Source of the DNA: Candidatus Saccharimonadales bacterium
GTDB taxonomy: Bacteria > Patescibacteriota > Saccharimonadia > Saccharimonadales > 2-12-FULL-41-12
Reading direction: 5' to 3'
Length of the DNA stretch: 64,000 nucleotides
NCBI GenBank assembly: GCA_041906505.1
Contig: JAYRJB010000008.1
Coordinates: forward strand, 8,053 to 72,052
Both the position numbers and the translations under genes were made by a program. Below, in pieces: positions 9,232-18,554 of this stretch. The notes under the pieces were generated by a model that did no database searches, was not told the DNA's origin, and saw nothing but the letters and a program-made list of their open reading frames with translations. Position 1 is the stretch's first letter. Each line of letters starts with the position of its first letter.

Positions 9232-9241
9232 CGTAAGCAAG

Positions 9242-10099
9242 ATGTTAAAAACACACACTCTAAAACAACTTCAAGAGATAGCAACAACCCTTCGAGTTGA
9301 TATTATTCGAAGTCTCGAGGAGGCTGGCAGTGGGCACAGCGCTGGTCCACTTGGGTTGGCTGATGTTTTCACGGCGTTGTACTTCGACGTGCTAAAGCAC
9401 GACCCCAAGAAACCAGATTGGGATCAACGAGATATCTTACTTCTTAGCAATGGTCACTGTGTCCCAGTTCGCTATGTTGCCATGGCGCACGCTGGGTACT
9501 TTGAAAAAAAGGAGCTCATGACACTCCGGAAGCTGGGGTCCCGGCTTCAAGGGCACCCTGAACGGACAAAACTTCCTGGACTCGAAACAACTAGTGGCCC
9601 GCTCGGATCGGGTCTTAGTCAAGGCGCAGGCATGGCGCTTGCTATGAGAATGAACAATGACGTCCACCGGTGGGTATATGTTGTTATGGGTGATGGTGAA
9701 TTGGACGAGGGGAATATATGGGAGGCCGCAATGTTGGCTGGAAAATATAAGCTCGGAAATTTGATCGGGATTGTTGACAGAAATAACATACAGATTGACG
9801 GACAAACAGAACACGTAATGCCGCTTGAAGATTTGCGCGCAAAGTGGGAGTCGTTCGGTTGGCACGTGCTTGAGATTGATGGAAACGACATTGAAGCAGT
9901 TATCGAAGCCTGCTCGCTCGCAAGGGCTATTGTCGACAAACCGGTCGTCATTATTGCGCACACTATACCCGGCAAGGGTGTGCGCTTCATGGAGTATGAT
10001 TTTCATTGGCATGGCATGCCACCGAACCACGAGCAGGCCAAGAAAGCGCTGCACGACATCCGGACGCTTCAAGGCAAAATACGCGGAGAGCACGAATGA
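9242..10099 (+). CDS. transketolase, N-terminal (TPP-binding) subunit
   Basis: SGHSAGPLG, GHC.P..Y, GPLG.GL..G.G.A and GDGE..EG..WEA motifs. Only the N-terminal transketolase domain is present. Start taken as ATG 9242, not the ORF-track 9137, which would overlap rpe. Confidence 0.9.
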   Translation: MLKTHTLKQLQEIATTLRVDIIRSLEEAGSGHSAGPLGLADVFTALYFDVLKHDPKKPDWDQRDILLLSNGHCVPVRYVAMAHAGYFEKKELMTLRKLGSRLQGHPERTKLPGLETTSGPLGSGLSQGAGMALAMRMNNDVHRWVYVVMGDGELDEGNIWEAAMLAGKYKLGNLIGIVDRNNIQIDGQTEHVMPLEDLRAKWESFGWHVLEIDGNDIEAVIEACSLARAIVDKPVVIIAHTIPGKGVRFMEYDFHWHGMPPNHEQAKKALHDIRTLQGKIRGEHE

Positions 10100-11073
10100 G
10101 TAGCCTGCATTTAGTTCAGAATGTCTTGGATACTAACATTCTAAAGGAGCCTGTCAGAAAAGGCTTCGGGAGAGGCTTGCTAGAAGCGGGTAAGCAAAAC
10201 CAAGAGGTGGTCGCAGCGTGTGCAGATCTAACTGACAGCACCCAAATGAGTTTATTTAAGGCAGAATTTCCCGACAGATTTGTCGAGATTGGTGTGGCGG
10301 AACAAAACTTAGTGACTGTCGGTTCAGGCATGGCAGCTATGGGAAAAATTCCTTTTGTGAGTAGCTACGCGGCATTTAGTCCCGGGCGTAACTGGGAGCA
10401 GATAAGAACAACAATTTGCCTTAATGATATGCCCGTTAAGGTTGTTGGCTCACATGCGGGCATAAGCGTTGGGCCGGATGGTGCAACTCACCAAATGCTT
10501 GAAGACATTGCATTAATGAGAGTACTCCCAAACATGGTTGTGATTGCTCCTGGTGATAGTGTTGAAGCTGAAAAAGCTACTTTGGTACTTGCAAAAGACC
10601 CAAGACCTGCCTACCTGCGACTCGCGAGGGAGCCGACCCCGGTTTTTACTACTGCCGATACGCCGTTTGAAATCGGTAAGGCATATGAACTTGTCCACGG
10701 CAATGACCTTACCATTATTGCTACTGGAACTATGACGTTTCAAGCTTTGGTTGCTGCCGAGAAATTATTTACACAAGGAATTGATGTTGAGGTCGTACAT
10801 GCACCAACGATCAAGCCGCTTGACGCTATCACTATTCTGAAGAGTGTGCAAAAAACGAAGGCTGTGATCACCATTGAAGAGGGCCAAGTAATTGGCGGTC
10901 TCGGAGGTGCAATTAGCGAACTCCTCAGTGAACATCACCCAACAAAAATCGTACGCATGGGCATGAAAGATAGGTTTGGTGAGTCAGGAAGCCCAGATGA
11001 GTTGCTTGAGCACTTCGGTCTGACTGCCAAACACATCATTCTCCAAGCACATCACCTACTTAATAGCCTCTAA
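10096..11073 (+). CDS. transketolase, C-terminal (pyrimidine-binding plus C-terminal domain) subunit
   Basis: R..FG..L, F.D.FVE.GVAEQN.V..G.GMA, GPDG.THQ..ED.A motifs. ATG 10096 overlaps the upstream stop (ATGA). Confidence 0.9.
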   Translation: MSSLHLVQNVLDTNILKEPVRKGFGRGLLEAGKQNQEVVAACADLTDSTQMSLFKAEFPDRFVEIGVAEQNLVTVGSGMAAMGKIPFVSSYAAFSPGRNWEQIRTTICLNDMPVKVVGSHAGISVGPDGATHQMLEDIALMRVLPNMVVIAPGDSVEAEKATLVLAKDPRPAYLRLAREPTPVFTTADTPFEIGKAYELVHGNDLTIIATGTMTFQALVAAEKLFTQGIDVEVVHAPTIKPLDAITILKSVQKTKAVITIEEGQVIGGLGGAISELLSEHHPTKIVRMGMKDRFGESGSPDELLEHFGLTAKHIILQAHHLLNSL

Positions 11074-11169
11074 CTCGCCTTTTTCTTACCATGCTTACCA
11101 CAGTACTGAGCGCCATCTTGCCGATAGTGGCTGTCATTTCAGTAAATCTACGAAACGCGTCAGTTTCTT

Positions 11170-11178
11170 TGCTATACT
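11170..11178 (+). promoter_or_regulatory. extended -10 element TGcTATACT upstream of fba
   Basis: Read directly. ATG 11189 lies 10 nt downstream. ATG 11180 would fall upstream of the predicted transcription start. Confidence 0.45.
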
Positions 11179-11188
11179 AATGATCATT

Positions 11189-12103
11189 ATGTCGCTTACG
11201 CTTCGGCAAATGAGAGAAAATTCGACACAAGCTCGGGCGCTTATGCAGCGAGCAAGAACTGAACGCTTTGCAGTTGGTGCGTTCAATCTGGATAATCAAG
11301 AAACCCTTAAAGCGGTTGTGCGGGCAGCGCTCGTCAAAAAATCTCCCGTACTTGTCGAGGTCAGTGACGGTGAAGTAACGTCCCTAGGAATAGAGAATAT
11401 CCGTGATCTGGTTGACAACTACAAAGAAGAGTTTGGGATTGAAATGTATATTAATTTGGATCACAGTCCCAGTGTAGAAAAAGCAGTTGCGGGCATTGAA
11501 GCAGGGTTTGAATTTATTCATATTGACATATCTCAAGCTGACCACGATGCCAGTGACGAGGTAATAATCGAAAAAACCAAAGAAGTGGTAGAGTATGCCA
11601 AGCTGACAGGTGCCTTGGTTGAAAGCGAACCTCACTATTTTGGAGGTAGTTCTAATGTACACAAAGAGAAAATCGACTACGCCTTAATAAGAAAAACCTT
11701 CAGCACCCCCGAGGGGGCGAGGGCTTTTGTGGACGCAACTGGTATCGACACCTTCGCAGCAGCAGTCGGAAATCTTCATGGCAAGTATCCAGTTCCAAAA
11801 AAAATTGATCTTGATTTACTTCGTGATATACGGCACGCAGTTGACTGCAATATTAGTCTTCATGGGGGGAGTGGCACGCCTCTCCACTATTTCGAGAGTG
11901 CGGCCAAGATAGGGGTGAGCAAGATTAATATTAATTCTGATATGCGCGTTGCGTTCCGAAACACCCTCGAGAAAGTTCTTGAGGAAAATCCAGACGAATT
12001 TGCGGTGATAAAGCTAATGGACAGAGTCATTGACTCTGTCCAAGGTGTGGTTGAAACAAAAATGGACGCGTTCGGTAGTGTTGGTAAGGCGCAGAGCGCA
12101 TGA
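11189..12103 (+). CDS. fba: class II fructose-bisphosphate aldolase
   Basis: FAVGAFN.DN, LDHS, LHGGSG.P and the KINI.SD region are typical of class II FBA. The alternative in-frame ATG is at 11180. Confidence 0.9.
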   Translation: MSLTLRQMRENSTQARALMQRARTERFAVGAFNLDNQETLKAVVRAALVKKSPVLVEVSDGEVTSLGIENIRDLVDNYKEEFGIEMYINLDHSPSVEKAVAGIEAGFEFIHIDISQADHDASDEVIIEKTKEVVEYAKLTGALVESEPHYFGGSSNVHKEKIDYALIRKTFSTPEGARAFVDATGIDTFAAAVGNLHGKYPVPKKIDLDLLRDIRHAVDCNISLHGGSGTPLHYFESAAKIGVSKININSDMRVAFRNTLEKVLEENPDEFAVIKLMDRVIDSVQGVVETKMDAFGSVGKAQSA

Positions 12104-12113
12104 CAATGGGCTA

Positions 12114-12142
12114 TTGCAACAGATGTTGTTGATCTGTAGAAT
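12114..12142 (+). promoter_or_regulatory. candidate promoter TTGCAA-N17-TAGAAT upstream of the PfkB kinase gene
   Basis: Hexamers at 12114-12119 and 12137-12142. SD AAGGGTGG precedes GTG 12178. Confidence 0.45.
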
Positions 12143-12177
12143 ACAGAGCATAAGCATAAACAAAAGGGTGGAATAAA

Positions 12178-13176
12178 GTGGCGCAGATTGATGTACTTAG
12201 TGTCGGCGATGTAGTAACGGATGCGTTTATCAAGCTTCTTGACGATCGAGCAGAAGTTCATGAATCTGATCATGGACCAATGTTGGCGATGCCATTTGCA
12301 ACAAAGATACCATTTGATCACAGTGAGGTTTTAAACGGTGTGGGTAATGCACCAAATGCCGCTGTTAACTTTGCAAAACTTGGACTTGAGAGTGCGCTTG
12401 CTGCAAATGTTGGCGGGGACTCCGCAGGCCGGGATATAATCGCAACACTACAGAAGGCTGATGTTGATACTCGTTTCGTGCATATAAATTCTAAAAAAAT
12501 GAGCAACTATCACTATGTGTTGTGGTATAAAAATGAGCGAACAATTTTGATAAAGCACGAGGACTATGATTACCATTGGCCACACCTAAAGCCCAAGGAA
12601 GTACCAAGGTGGATTTACTTTAGCTCTATCAGTCAAGGTGCGATGGAGTTTCATGACGACTTAGCTGATTGGCTGGAAAAACATGATGAAGTAAAGCTTG
12701 CCTTTCAACCTGGCACGTTTCAAATGGAAGCTGGAGTAGAAAGGCTCAAGAGGATTTATGCTCGCACTGAGGTTTTTGCATGCAACCGAGAAGAGGCAGT
12801 ATTTGTGAGCGGTGGCAACTACGACGACCTACATGATCTTTTTAACAAGATTCATGCCCTTGGGCCAAAGGTTATTGTCATTAGTGATGGCCCGAAAGGT
12901 AGCTACGCAAGCGATGGTGAAAATCGATATCAGATGCCAATTTATCCAGATATCGGTCCTCCAGTGGAGCGAACTGGTGCAGGCGATGCGTTTACCTCAA
13001 CCTTCGTCGCGGCAATAATTAAAGGGAACACAGTTGAGGGTGCGCTTCAATGGGCGCCGATTAGTTCGATGAACGTTGTGCAGCACGTTGGTGCACAGGC
13101 TGGTCTTTTGCCAGAGCGAAAACTTGCGGAATATCTTCAAAAGGCACCAGAGTGGTACGCACCAACCAGAATATAG
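12178..13176 (+). CDS. PfkB-family carbohydrate/sugar-phosphate kinase
   Basis: N-terminal VGD...D motif and C-terminal ERTGAGDAFTSTFVAA (PfkB signature 2). Confidence 0.8.
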   Translation: MAQIDVLSVGDVVTDAFIKLLDDRAEVHESDHGPMLAMPFATKIPFDHSEVLNGVGNAPNAAVNFAKLGLESALAANVGGDSAGRDIIATLQKADVDTRFVHINSKKMSNYHYVLWYKNERTILIKHEDYDYHWPHLKPKEVPRWIYFSSISQGAMEFHDDLADWLEKHDEVKLAFQPGTFQMEAGVERLKRIYARTEVFACNREEAVFVSGGNYDDLHDLFNKIHALGPKVIVISDGPKGSYASDGENRYQMPIYPDIGPPVERTGAGDAFTSTFVAAIIKGNTVEGALQWAPISSMNVVQHVGAQAGLLPERKLAEYLQKAPEWYAPTRI

Positions 13177-13191
13177 CAAAGGAGCTGTCTT

Positions 13192-14403
13192 TTGAGTCGT
13201 GCACTTTCATTGTTGCTTGAAGCAAAAGAACCAGAATTTTCACATCTCATAAGAGAGTGGGAAACGAAAGTTGGCAAAAAGGGTCACGATATTCAACTTG
13301 TGGCTGAAGTGAGTGTTCGTGCAAAACGAGTAATTGCGGAGCTTGGACTCGATGAAGACGATACAACACCTAAGGAGCTATATTACGCACTGCTCGACAG
13401 GGTGAATCAAGATAGTGCTGATCTCGCAAAACAGATTGGCGTTTCTGAGGAAGATAGTGCCGAACAAATGGTTCAAAAGGTTGCGGCGTGGTATGACAGT
13501 CTTGAGCTAGAAAAGGAACTGTGGGTTATAAAGGAGAGCACCATAAAAGCGTGTCTTAAAAAGACTAGCCCCAAGCAGATCATGAAGGCTCTTGGGTTCC
13601 GTTCGGTAGATTCTATGTTGAAACGTTGCGACCCAAGCATAATTATTGCACTGTCGAAGTTAATCGAACGACCAGAATGGCAAATAAAGTTTCGGAGCGA
13701 ATATAAGAGATTAAAACCTATTGATTTTCGCGCTCTTAGGGCGCGAGTCCATGTTGTGGTAGGTGAGCAGCGACGCAAACTAGAGCGAACTGGATTTCGA
13801 ACATCACGTATCGTGTCTCCATGCTACGAAACAGGGGCCATTGTGGTAGTGCCACCCTCCAAAAGATTCTCCTCTGATGTATTGAGTGTGGCAACTTCAC
13901 TTATTGAAACAACGCGGGATATGAGGAGATATAGCGCATATTTTCGACTTATTAGTACCGAAAGCAAGTTTGGTTCAAAAGTGGCTGATGTCTGCAACTT
14001 TGGATTGAATCGATCTTCCGCGATGCACTATAACTTTCATTGGAATCCAATTCATAGACACCTTTTAGGGAACAGTGAGTATATGAATCGGATAGAGCAA
14101 CCACATCTTACGCACACTGACCTAAGGACTTCCAGTAGTGCTGAGGTCTTAGCTCGAGGCAATGAGCGATTTAAATTCTGGCAAGGCAGTGAATATGTGT
14201 TATTTGCCACTGCGCCACACCCAGCAGTTTCCTTGCATGTCGCTGATGCAGCAATAAACGCCAGTAATAATAGTAGATTTGAAGAATCGTTGTCGGTGTA
14301 TGCGAAGAATCAACTTTGGGAGGAGCTGTGGGCGAACTATCTTTCGCACCAGGCGCTACACGATGAAATCGTCGGTTCATTTTTTGACCAGAACAAACTA
14401 TAA
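13192..14403 (+). CDS. hypothetical protein (403 aa, soluble, His-rich segment HYNFHWNPIHRH)
   Basis: Long ORF. TTG start 7 nt after SD AAGGAG (13179-13184), 15 nt after the pfkB stop. I recognise no family. Confidence 0.6.
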   Translation: MSRALSLLLEAKEPEFSHLIREWETKVGKKGHDIQLVAEVSVRAKRVIAELGLDEDDTTPKELYYALLDRVNQDSADLAKQIGVSEEDSAEQMVQKVAAWYDSLELEKELWVIKESTIKACLKKTSPKQIMKALGFRSVDSMLKRCDPSIIIALSKLIERPEWQIKFRSEYKRLKPIDFRALRARVHVVVGEQRRKLERTGFRTSRIVSPCYETGAIVVVPPSKRFSSDVLSVATSLIETTRDMRRYSAYFRLISTESKFGSKVADVCNFGLNRSSAMHYNFHWNPIHRHLLGNSEYMNRIEQPHLTHTDLRTSSSAEVLARGNERFKFWQGSEYVLFATAPHPAVSLHVADAAINASNNSRFEESLSVYAKNQLWEELWANYLSHQALHDEIVGSFFDQNKL

Positions 14404-14443
14404 TGTGGCACGTATATAACAACAAAACAGGTGGGAAAATTAA

Positions 14444-15007
14444 GTGTATCAAATTTGTGTAAGCGGCGCTGCGAAAGGCCACAGCGTTGAAGAGGGTCGG
14501 CAGCTTGCCGTGCGCGCTGGTGCTGCCATTGCGAAAGCTCATCATGCACTTCTAACTGGGGCGACAATTGGGTTACCGAATTTTGCAGCCGAGGGCTACA
14601 AGAAGGCTGGTGGCGTAATGAGTCTTGGTATAAGTCCAGCTTCGAGCAAGATTGAACACGTGCGTAAATACCGCCTTCCCACCAAAGCCTACGACAGTAT
14701 CTTGTATACGGGGCTTCACTACGTCGGCCGAGATTCTCTTTTAATAAACTCGAGCGATGCGGTGGTAAGTATTGGTGGTCGACTGGGGACACTTCATGAG
14801 TTCACCATTGCCATGGAGACAAAAACGCCTATTGGCTTCTTGCAGGGTGCTGGAGGGGTGAGCTCACAGATAATGGATATTTTGCACGCCGCCGGTGAGC
14901 TGCAAAGCGAAAATGTAGTGTTCAGCGAAGATCCCGAAGATTTGATTCGGCAGCTTACCAAACTTCTTGACGAACGCCATAAAGAATATCGCGACATTTA
15001 TTCTTGA
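14444..15007 (+). CDS. LOG/SLOG-superfamily protein (TIGR00725-like Rossmann fold)
   Basis: ICVSGAAKG...A...G..IA......LLTGA..G, then SIGGRLGTLHEF (GGxGTxxE-like LOG motif). Confidence 0.7.
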   Translation: MYQICVSGAAKGHSVEEGRQLAVRAGAAIAKAHHALLTGATIGLPNFAAEGYKKAGGVMSLGISPASSKIEHVRKYRLPTKAYDSILYTGLHYVGRDSLLINSSDAVVSIGGRLGTLHEFTIAMETKTPIGFLQGAGGVSSQIMDILHAAGELQSENVVFSEDPEDLIRQLTKLLDERHKEYRDIYS

Positions 15008-15016
15008 TCTCAACCA

Positions 15017-16999
15017 GTGGTTGCTACAATGATAGACGTGAGTGCCTTGGTGCTAAAATCCGACTATACACCGACTGGTGACCAACCAGGCGCGATTGCT
15101 GAGCTGACAAAAAATCTTGACCAACATGTGAAAGAGCAGACACTGTTAGGCGTTACTGGATCTGGCAAAACGTTTACTATGGCAAACGTTATTCAAAATA
15201 CCCAGAAGCCAACGCTTGTTCTGTGTCACAACAAAACGTTAGCTGCGCAGCTTTACAGCGAGTTCAAACAGTTTTTTCCAGACAATGCGGTTCATTATTT
15301 TGTGAGCTACTTTGATTACTACCAGCCCGAGGCGTACATTGCTCGTTCTGATACCTACATCGAAAAAGATAGTCAGATTAATGAAGAGATTGATCGGCTT
15401 CGCCACGCCGCCACCGCTTCATTGCTCAGTCGAAGAGATGTAATTATCGTCGCGAGCGTAAGCTGTATTTATGGTATCGGCTCAGTCGAAGATTATGGAG
15501 AAATGGCAGTCCAGGTAGCTGTTGGGGAGATGAAAAAGCGCGATAAATTTATGCGTCATCTAACCGATATTCAGTATCAAAGGAACGATATCGATTTTCA
15601 TCGTGGCACGTTTAGGGTTCGTGGCGATGTGGTTGATGTATTTCCTGCGAGCGAAGAGTGTGCGTATAAGGTTGACTTTTTTGGTGATGAAGTAGAAAAA
15701 ATTACCAAGATAGACCCGCTGACGGGGGAAATTTTAAAAAACTTGTCATCACTAAAGATCTACCCAGGAAGCCACTATGTTACACCAGAGCAAAAGCTAA
15801 AGAGCGCACTTGGAAAAATCAGAAATGAACTTGAGGAGCGTCTTGCGACCTTCAAAAAAAATGGCCAGCTCCTTGAAGCGCAACGACTAGAACAGCGCAC
15901 CAACTTTGATCTTGAGATGCTTGAAGAAACCGGGTTTGTAAAGGGTATTGAGAATTATAGTAGGTACCTCACGAACCGCGAACCGGGTGAACAACCAGCG
16001 ACGCTTATGGATTATTTTCCAGACGACTATCTATTGCTTATTGACGAGAGCCACATGACAATTCCTCAAGTTCGGGGCATGTACAACGGTGATAGGGCAC
16101 GAAAAGAAGTATTGGTTGAGCATGGTTTTCGGTTGCCAAGCGCCTTGGACAATCGACCACTTACTTTTTCTGAATTTGAGCAGCACATTAACCAAGTTAT
16201 CTATGTAAGTGCGACTCCCTCGGAATACGAGTTGTCAAGGAGTCCGAAGCCGATTGAACAGGTAATACGGCCGACCGGATTGCTTGATCCCCGCATCGAA
16301 ATTCGTCCCGTCGATCACCAAGTTGACGATCTGATTGCCGAAATTAGGTCAGTTACTGCAAAGAGCCAACGGGTGCTGGTGACAACACTTACCAAAAGAA
16401 TGGCAGAAGACCTCACCGAGTACCTACAAGAAATAAATATTAAAGTAACCTATCTTCATAGCGAAGTTGATACCCTTGATAGGACAGATATTCTTAGAGA
16501 TCTTAGACTGGGTGTTTATGATGTCGTTGTTGGGATAAATCTACTTCGAGAAGGGCTTGATCTTCCTGAGGTCAGTCTCGTAGCTATTCTCGACGCCGAC
16601 AAGGAGGGCTTTCTTCGAAGCGAACAGGCGCTTGTGCAAACCATTGGACGGGCCGCTCGGCACCAAGAAGGCAGGGTTATCATGTATGCAAATACGGAAA
16701 CCGGCAGTATGAAGCGCGCTATACATGAAACCAACCGACGGCGCAAGATACAAGAAACATATAACAAGACGCACAACATCATACCCTCGAGCATTACCAA
16801 GAACATTGAAAAGGGCTTACGTCCAGACATTCCAGATAGCGAGAAGCCAAAACTTGATCTGAGAAAGGTGCCAAAAGACGAATACAAACACTTAATACGT
16901 GATCTGACGGCTCAGATGGAGATGGCTTCTGCAAATTTGCAGTTTGAGCGGGCTGCTGAACTCAGAGACTTTATTGCCGAGATTAAAGCCAAGCTCTAG
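15017..16999 (+). CDS. uvrB: excinuclease ABC subunit B
   Basis: [19 protein letters not shown] Walker A, DESH, beta-hairpin region, C-terminal UVR domain (FERAAELRD). Start uncertain among GTG 15017, ATG 15029 and GTG 15038. An extended -10 TGcTACAAT at 15022-15030 favours 15038. Confidence 0.95.
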   Translation: MVATMIDVSALVLKSDYTPTGDQPGAIAELTKNLDQHVKEQTLLGVTGSGKTFTMANVIQNTQKPTLVLCHNKTLAAQLYSEFKQFFPDNAVHYFVSYFDYYQPEAYIARSDTYIEKDSQINEEIDRLRHAATASLLSRRDVIIVASVSCIYGIGSVEDYGEMAVQVAVGEMKKRDKFMRHLTDIQYQRNDIDFHRGTFRVRGDVVDVFPASEECAYKVDFFGDEVEKITKIDPLTGEILKNLSSLKIYPGSHYVTPEQKLKSALGKIRNELEERLATFKKNGQLLEAQRLEQRTNFDLEMLEETGFVKGIENYSRYLTNREPGEQPATLMDYFPDDYLLLIDESHMTIPQVRGMYNGDRARKEVLVEHGFRLPSALDNRPLTFSEFEQHINQVIYVSATPSEYELSRSPKPIEQVIRPTGLLDPRIEIRPVDHQVDDLIAEIRSVTAKSQRVLVTTLTKRMAEDLTEYLQEINIKVTYLHSEVDTLDRTDILRDLRLGVYDVVVGINLLREGLDLPEVSLVAILDADKEGFLRSEQALVQTIGRAARHQEGRVIMYANTETGSMKRAIHETNRRRKIQETYNKTHNIIPSSITKNIEKGLRPDIPDSEKPKLDLRKVPKDEYKHLIRDLTAQMEMASANLQFERAAELRDFIAEIKAKL

Positions 17000-17005
17000 T
17001 TGACC

Positions 17006-18154
17006 TTAGGCAGCTTGGTTGAGTGCGGCTTTACCTACCACTCTATAGGCGGGTTCTAGATGGGCGCGGGTGACAGCCTTAAAATCAACTGCATTAAAAC
17101 TTCCATCGACTCCTCGCATTTCAGCAATCATTGAGAGGCGCAGCTCTTGATTATCTAAGGTATCTTTTCGAGCTATGTCAAGGTGATAGCCTTTTGAAAA
17201 TTCAAGGGTAACTCCGTCGTAGGGTTGATATAATTTTTGATAATCCTTTGCCTGTGACCAACCGTCCCCCTTGAAAATAACAATGTGCTGTTTTGTGGTG
17301 GGGTGCGCCGACATTGCTGCCCGAGCCAATATCCCTGCATCACCGTTGAGCAAGTAGGGAATTTTGAAGGGTTGGTGGGCATAGTACTCGGGGTCCTTAT
17401 GAAGTGTGTCGATATAGTGTTTTCCTGCCGGGCGAGTAAGGAGATTCACGCCGTGCTTTACAAGTGTGAGTGTCTCTGGGGCAAGTTGAAGTGCAATTGC
17501 TCCAAGCTCTCGTTTTTTGGCTGCCCGCGCGAAGCAGGGAGCGACAGTGTCCCCATAGGCGATTTTCCGCTCTCCGCTATATTGTGGGGTAAAAAATCCG
17601 GACGCCAACATTGCACCGCGTGACTCCCCAAGTGCAATTACCTCATTTTCTCGCACGTGGCCGATACTTGGCAGTGCTTCGTCAAGGATGCGATTGAGGT
17701 CATGAGCGACTTTAAATTGTGTTGAGCTCAGAGCTAATTTCATTCGTCGCTCAAAACTCAAGGAGGGGTTTGGAATTTCACTCTCAGGTCCGATCATAAT
17801 TGTCGGGTAACCAGCTTTCATCATTCGAAACAGCGTGTGTCGATTATGCCCCTTGGACGAAGTAAGCCACGCAGTAGTGAATACAGCTGCCGTATCGCTT
17901 CTTGGATAATTTGGAAGGCCAGTCACAACTGGATAGAGCGTTCCGTCATCCATTTCAGCAACTTCTTCGTAGACCGATCCCCTCGAGAACGTATCAGTCT
18001 TTTGTGTGTGAATTGCAATCAGTTCGGTGTCAAAACTTGGTAGTAACGCAGTATCATTTGTCGCAAAAAACCCCTCATTTTCGAGAGGGGTGACGTGCGT
18101 GTTGTCCTCGTGCTGCGGGCTTCGACCTTCGGGCGATAGGTGATTAAGATTCAT
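17006..18154 (-). CDS. putative alpha/beta-fold serine hydrolase (divergent)
   Basis: GESRG nucleophile-elbow (GxSxG) at VIALGESRGAMLASG. Candidate acid/His residues lie downstream (KGDGW, GYHLD). No closer family recognised. Confidence 0.5.
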   Translation of the reverse strand: MNLNHLSPEGRSPQHEDNTHVTPLENEGFFATNDTALLPSFDTELIAIHTQKTDTFSRGSVYEEVAEMDDGTLYPVVTGLPNYPRSDTAAVFTTAWLTSSKGHNRHTLFRMMKAGYPTIMIGPESEIPNPSLSFERRMKLALSSTQFKVAHDLNRILDEALPSIGHVRENEVIALGESRGAMLASGFFTPQYSGERKIAYGDTVAPCFARAAKKRELGAIALQLAPETLTLVKHGVNLLTRPAGKHYIDTLHKDPEYYAHQPFKIPYLLNGDAGILARAAMSAHPTTKQHIVIFKGDGWSQAKDYQKLYQPYDGVTLEFSKGYHLDIARKDTLDNQELRLSMIAEMRGVDGSFNAVDFKAVTRAHLEPAYRVVGKAALNQAA

Positions 18155-18266
18155 GATTTGCAGACAACATTATTATTATGGCTTAATCCTATGCCTATTT
18201 TTGGGTGTTGTAAAGATCATTTATAGCTACCACTAATAATTTTCGATATACTACTTATTAATACCT

Positions 18267-18554
18267 ATGGCAAAAATATCCCGAGATGATGTATTAAAGT
18301 TGGCCAAGCTCAGTATGATTGAGCTTTCAGAAGACCAGCTAGTTCGATTTACGAAAGAGTTGGATGAAATTGTCCAATATGTCGAGCAGTTACAATCTGT
18401 GAATGTCGAAGGCCTTGAGCCAACCTTTCAAGTTACTGGTCTTCAGAATGTGACGCGGGTAGACGAAATAAGGCCCTTTGAGTCAACGACGCAACTACTC
18501 AAAAACGTCCCCGCAACGGATGGGAACCTTATTAAGGTGCGACGGGTTTTATGA
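18267..18554 (+). CDS. gatC: Asp-tRNA(Asn)/Glu-tRNA(Gln) amidotransferase subunit C
   Basis: 95 aa. V..LA.L..I.L.E.....F...L..I...VEQL..V and a PT/RVD-containing C-terminus. First gene of gatCAB. Confidence 0.9.
   Translation: MAKISRDDVLKLAKLSMIELSEDQLVRFTKELDEIVQYVEQLQSVNVEGLEPTFQVTGLQNVTRVDEIRPFESTTQLLKNVPATDGNLIKVRRVL

Noticed and set aside
9137-9241. N-terminal extensions of ORF-track calls: tkt-N from 9137, tkt-C from 10006, SpoU from 28736, malic enzyme from 31485, rplS from 31453, hisS from 52400, clpP from 55464.
   Set aside because: The extensions overlap neighbouring genes or promoters and show no homology-like sequence. Internal starts match family N-termini and have an SD, ATGA coupling or a -10 at leaderless distance.
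9437-10093. 218-aa antisense ORF opposite the transketolase N-terminal subunit. Similar long antisense ORFs: 24452-25204 opposite dnaE, 41168-41791 opposite radA, 36025-36555 opposite nusA, 57005-57523 and 58705-59238 opposite rpoB, 1785-2333 opposite DUF2207.
   Set aside because: All lie fully inside strongly supported genes. Their composition is low-complexity or Cys/Arg/Ser-rich and unlike real proteins. They have no SD or promoter and are the expected shadow ORFs of coding sequence.
14950-15040. SOS/LexA (Cheo-box GAAC-N4-GTTC or CTGT-N8-ACAG) operators upstream of uvrB. Also checked upstream of radA, recG and dnaE.
   Set aside because: No match with both half-sites was found by eye in any of these upstream regions.
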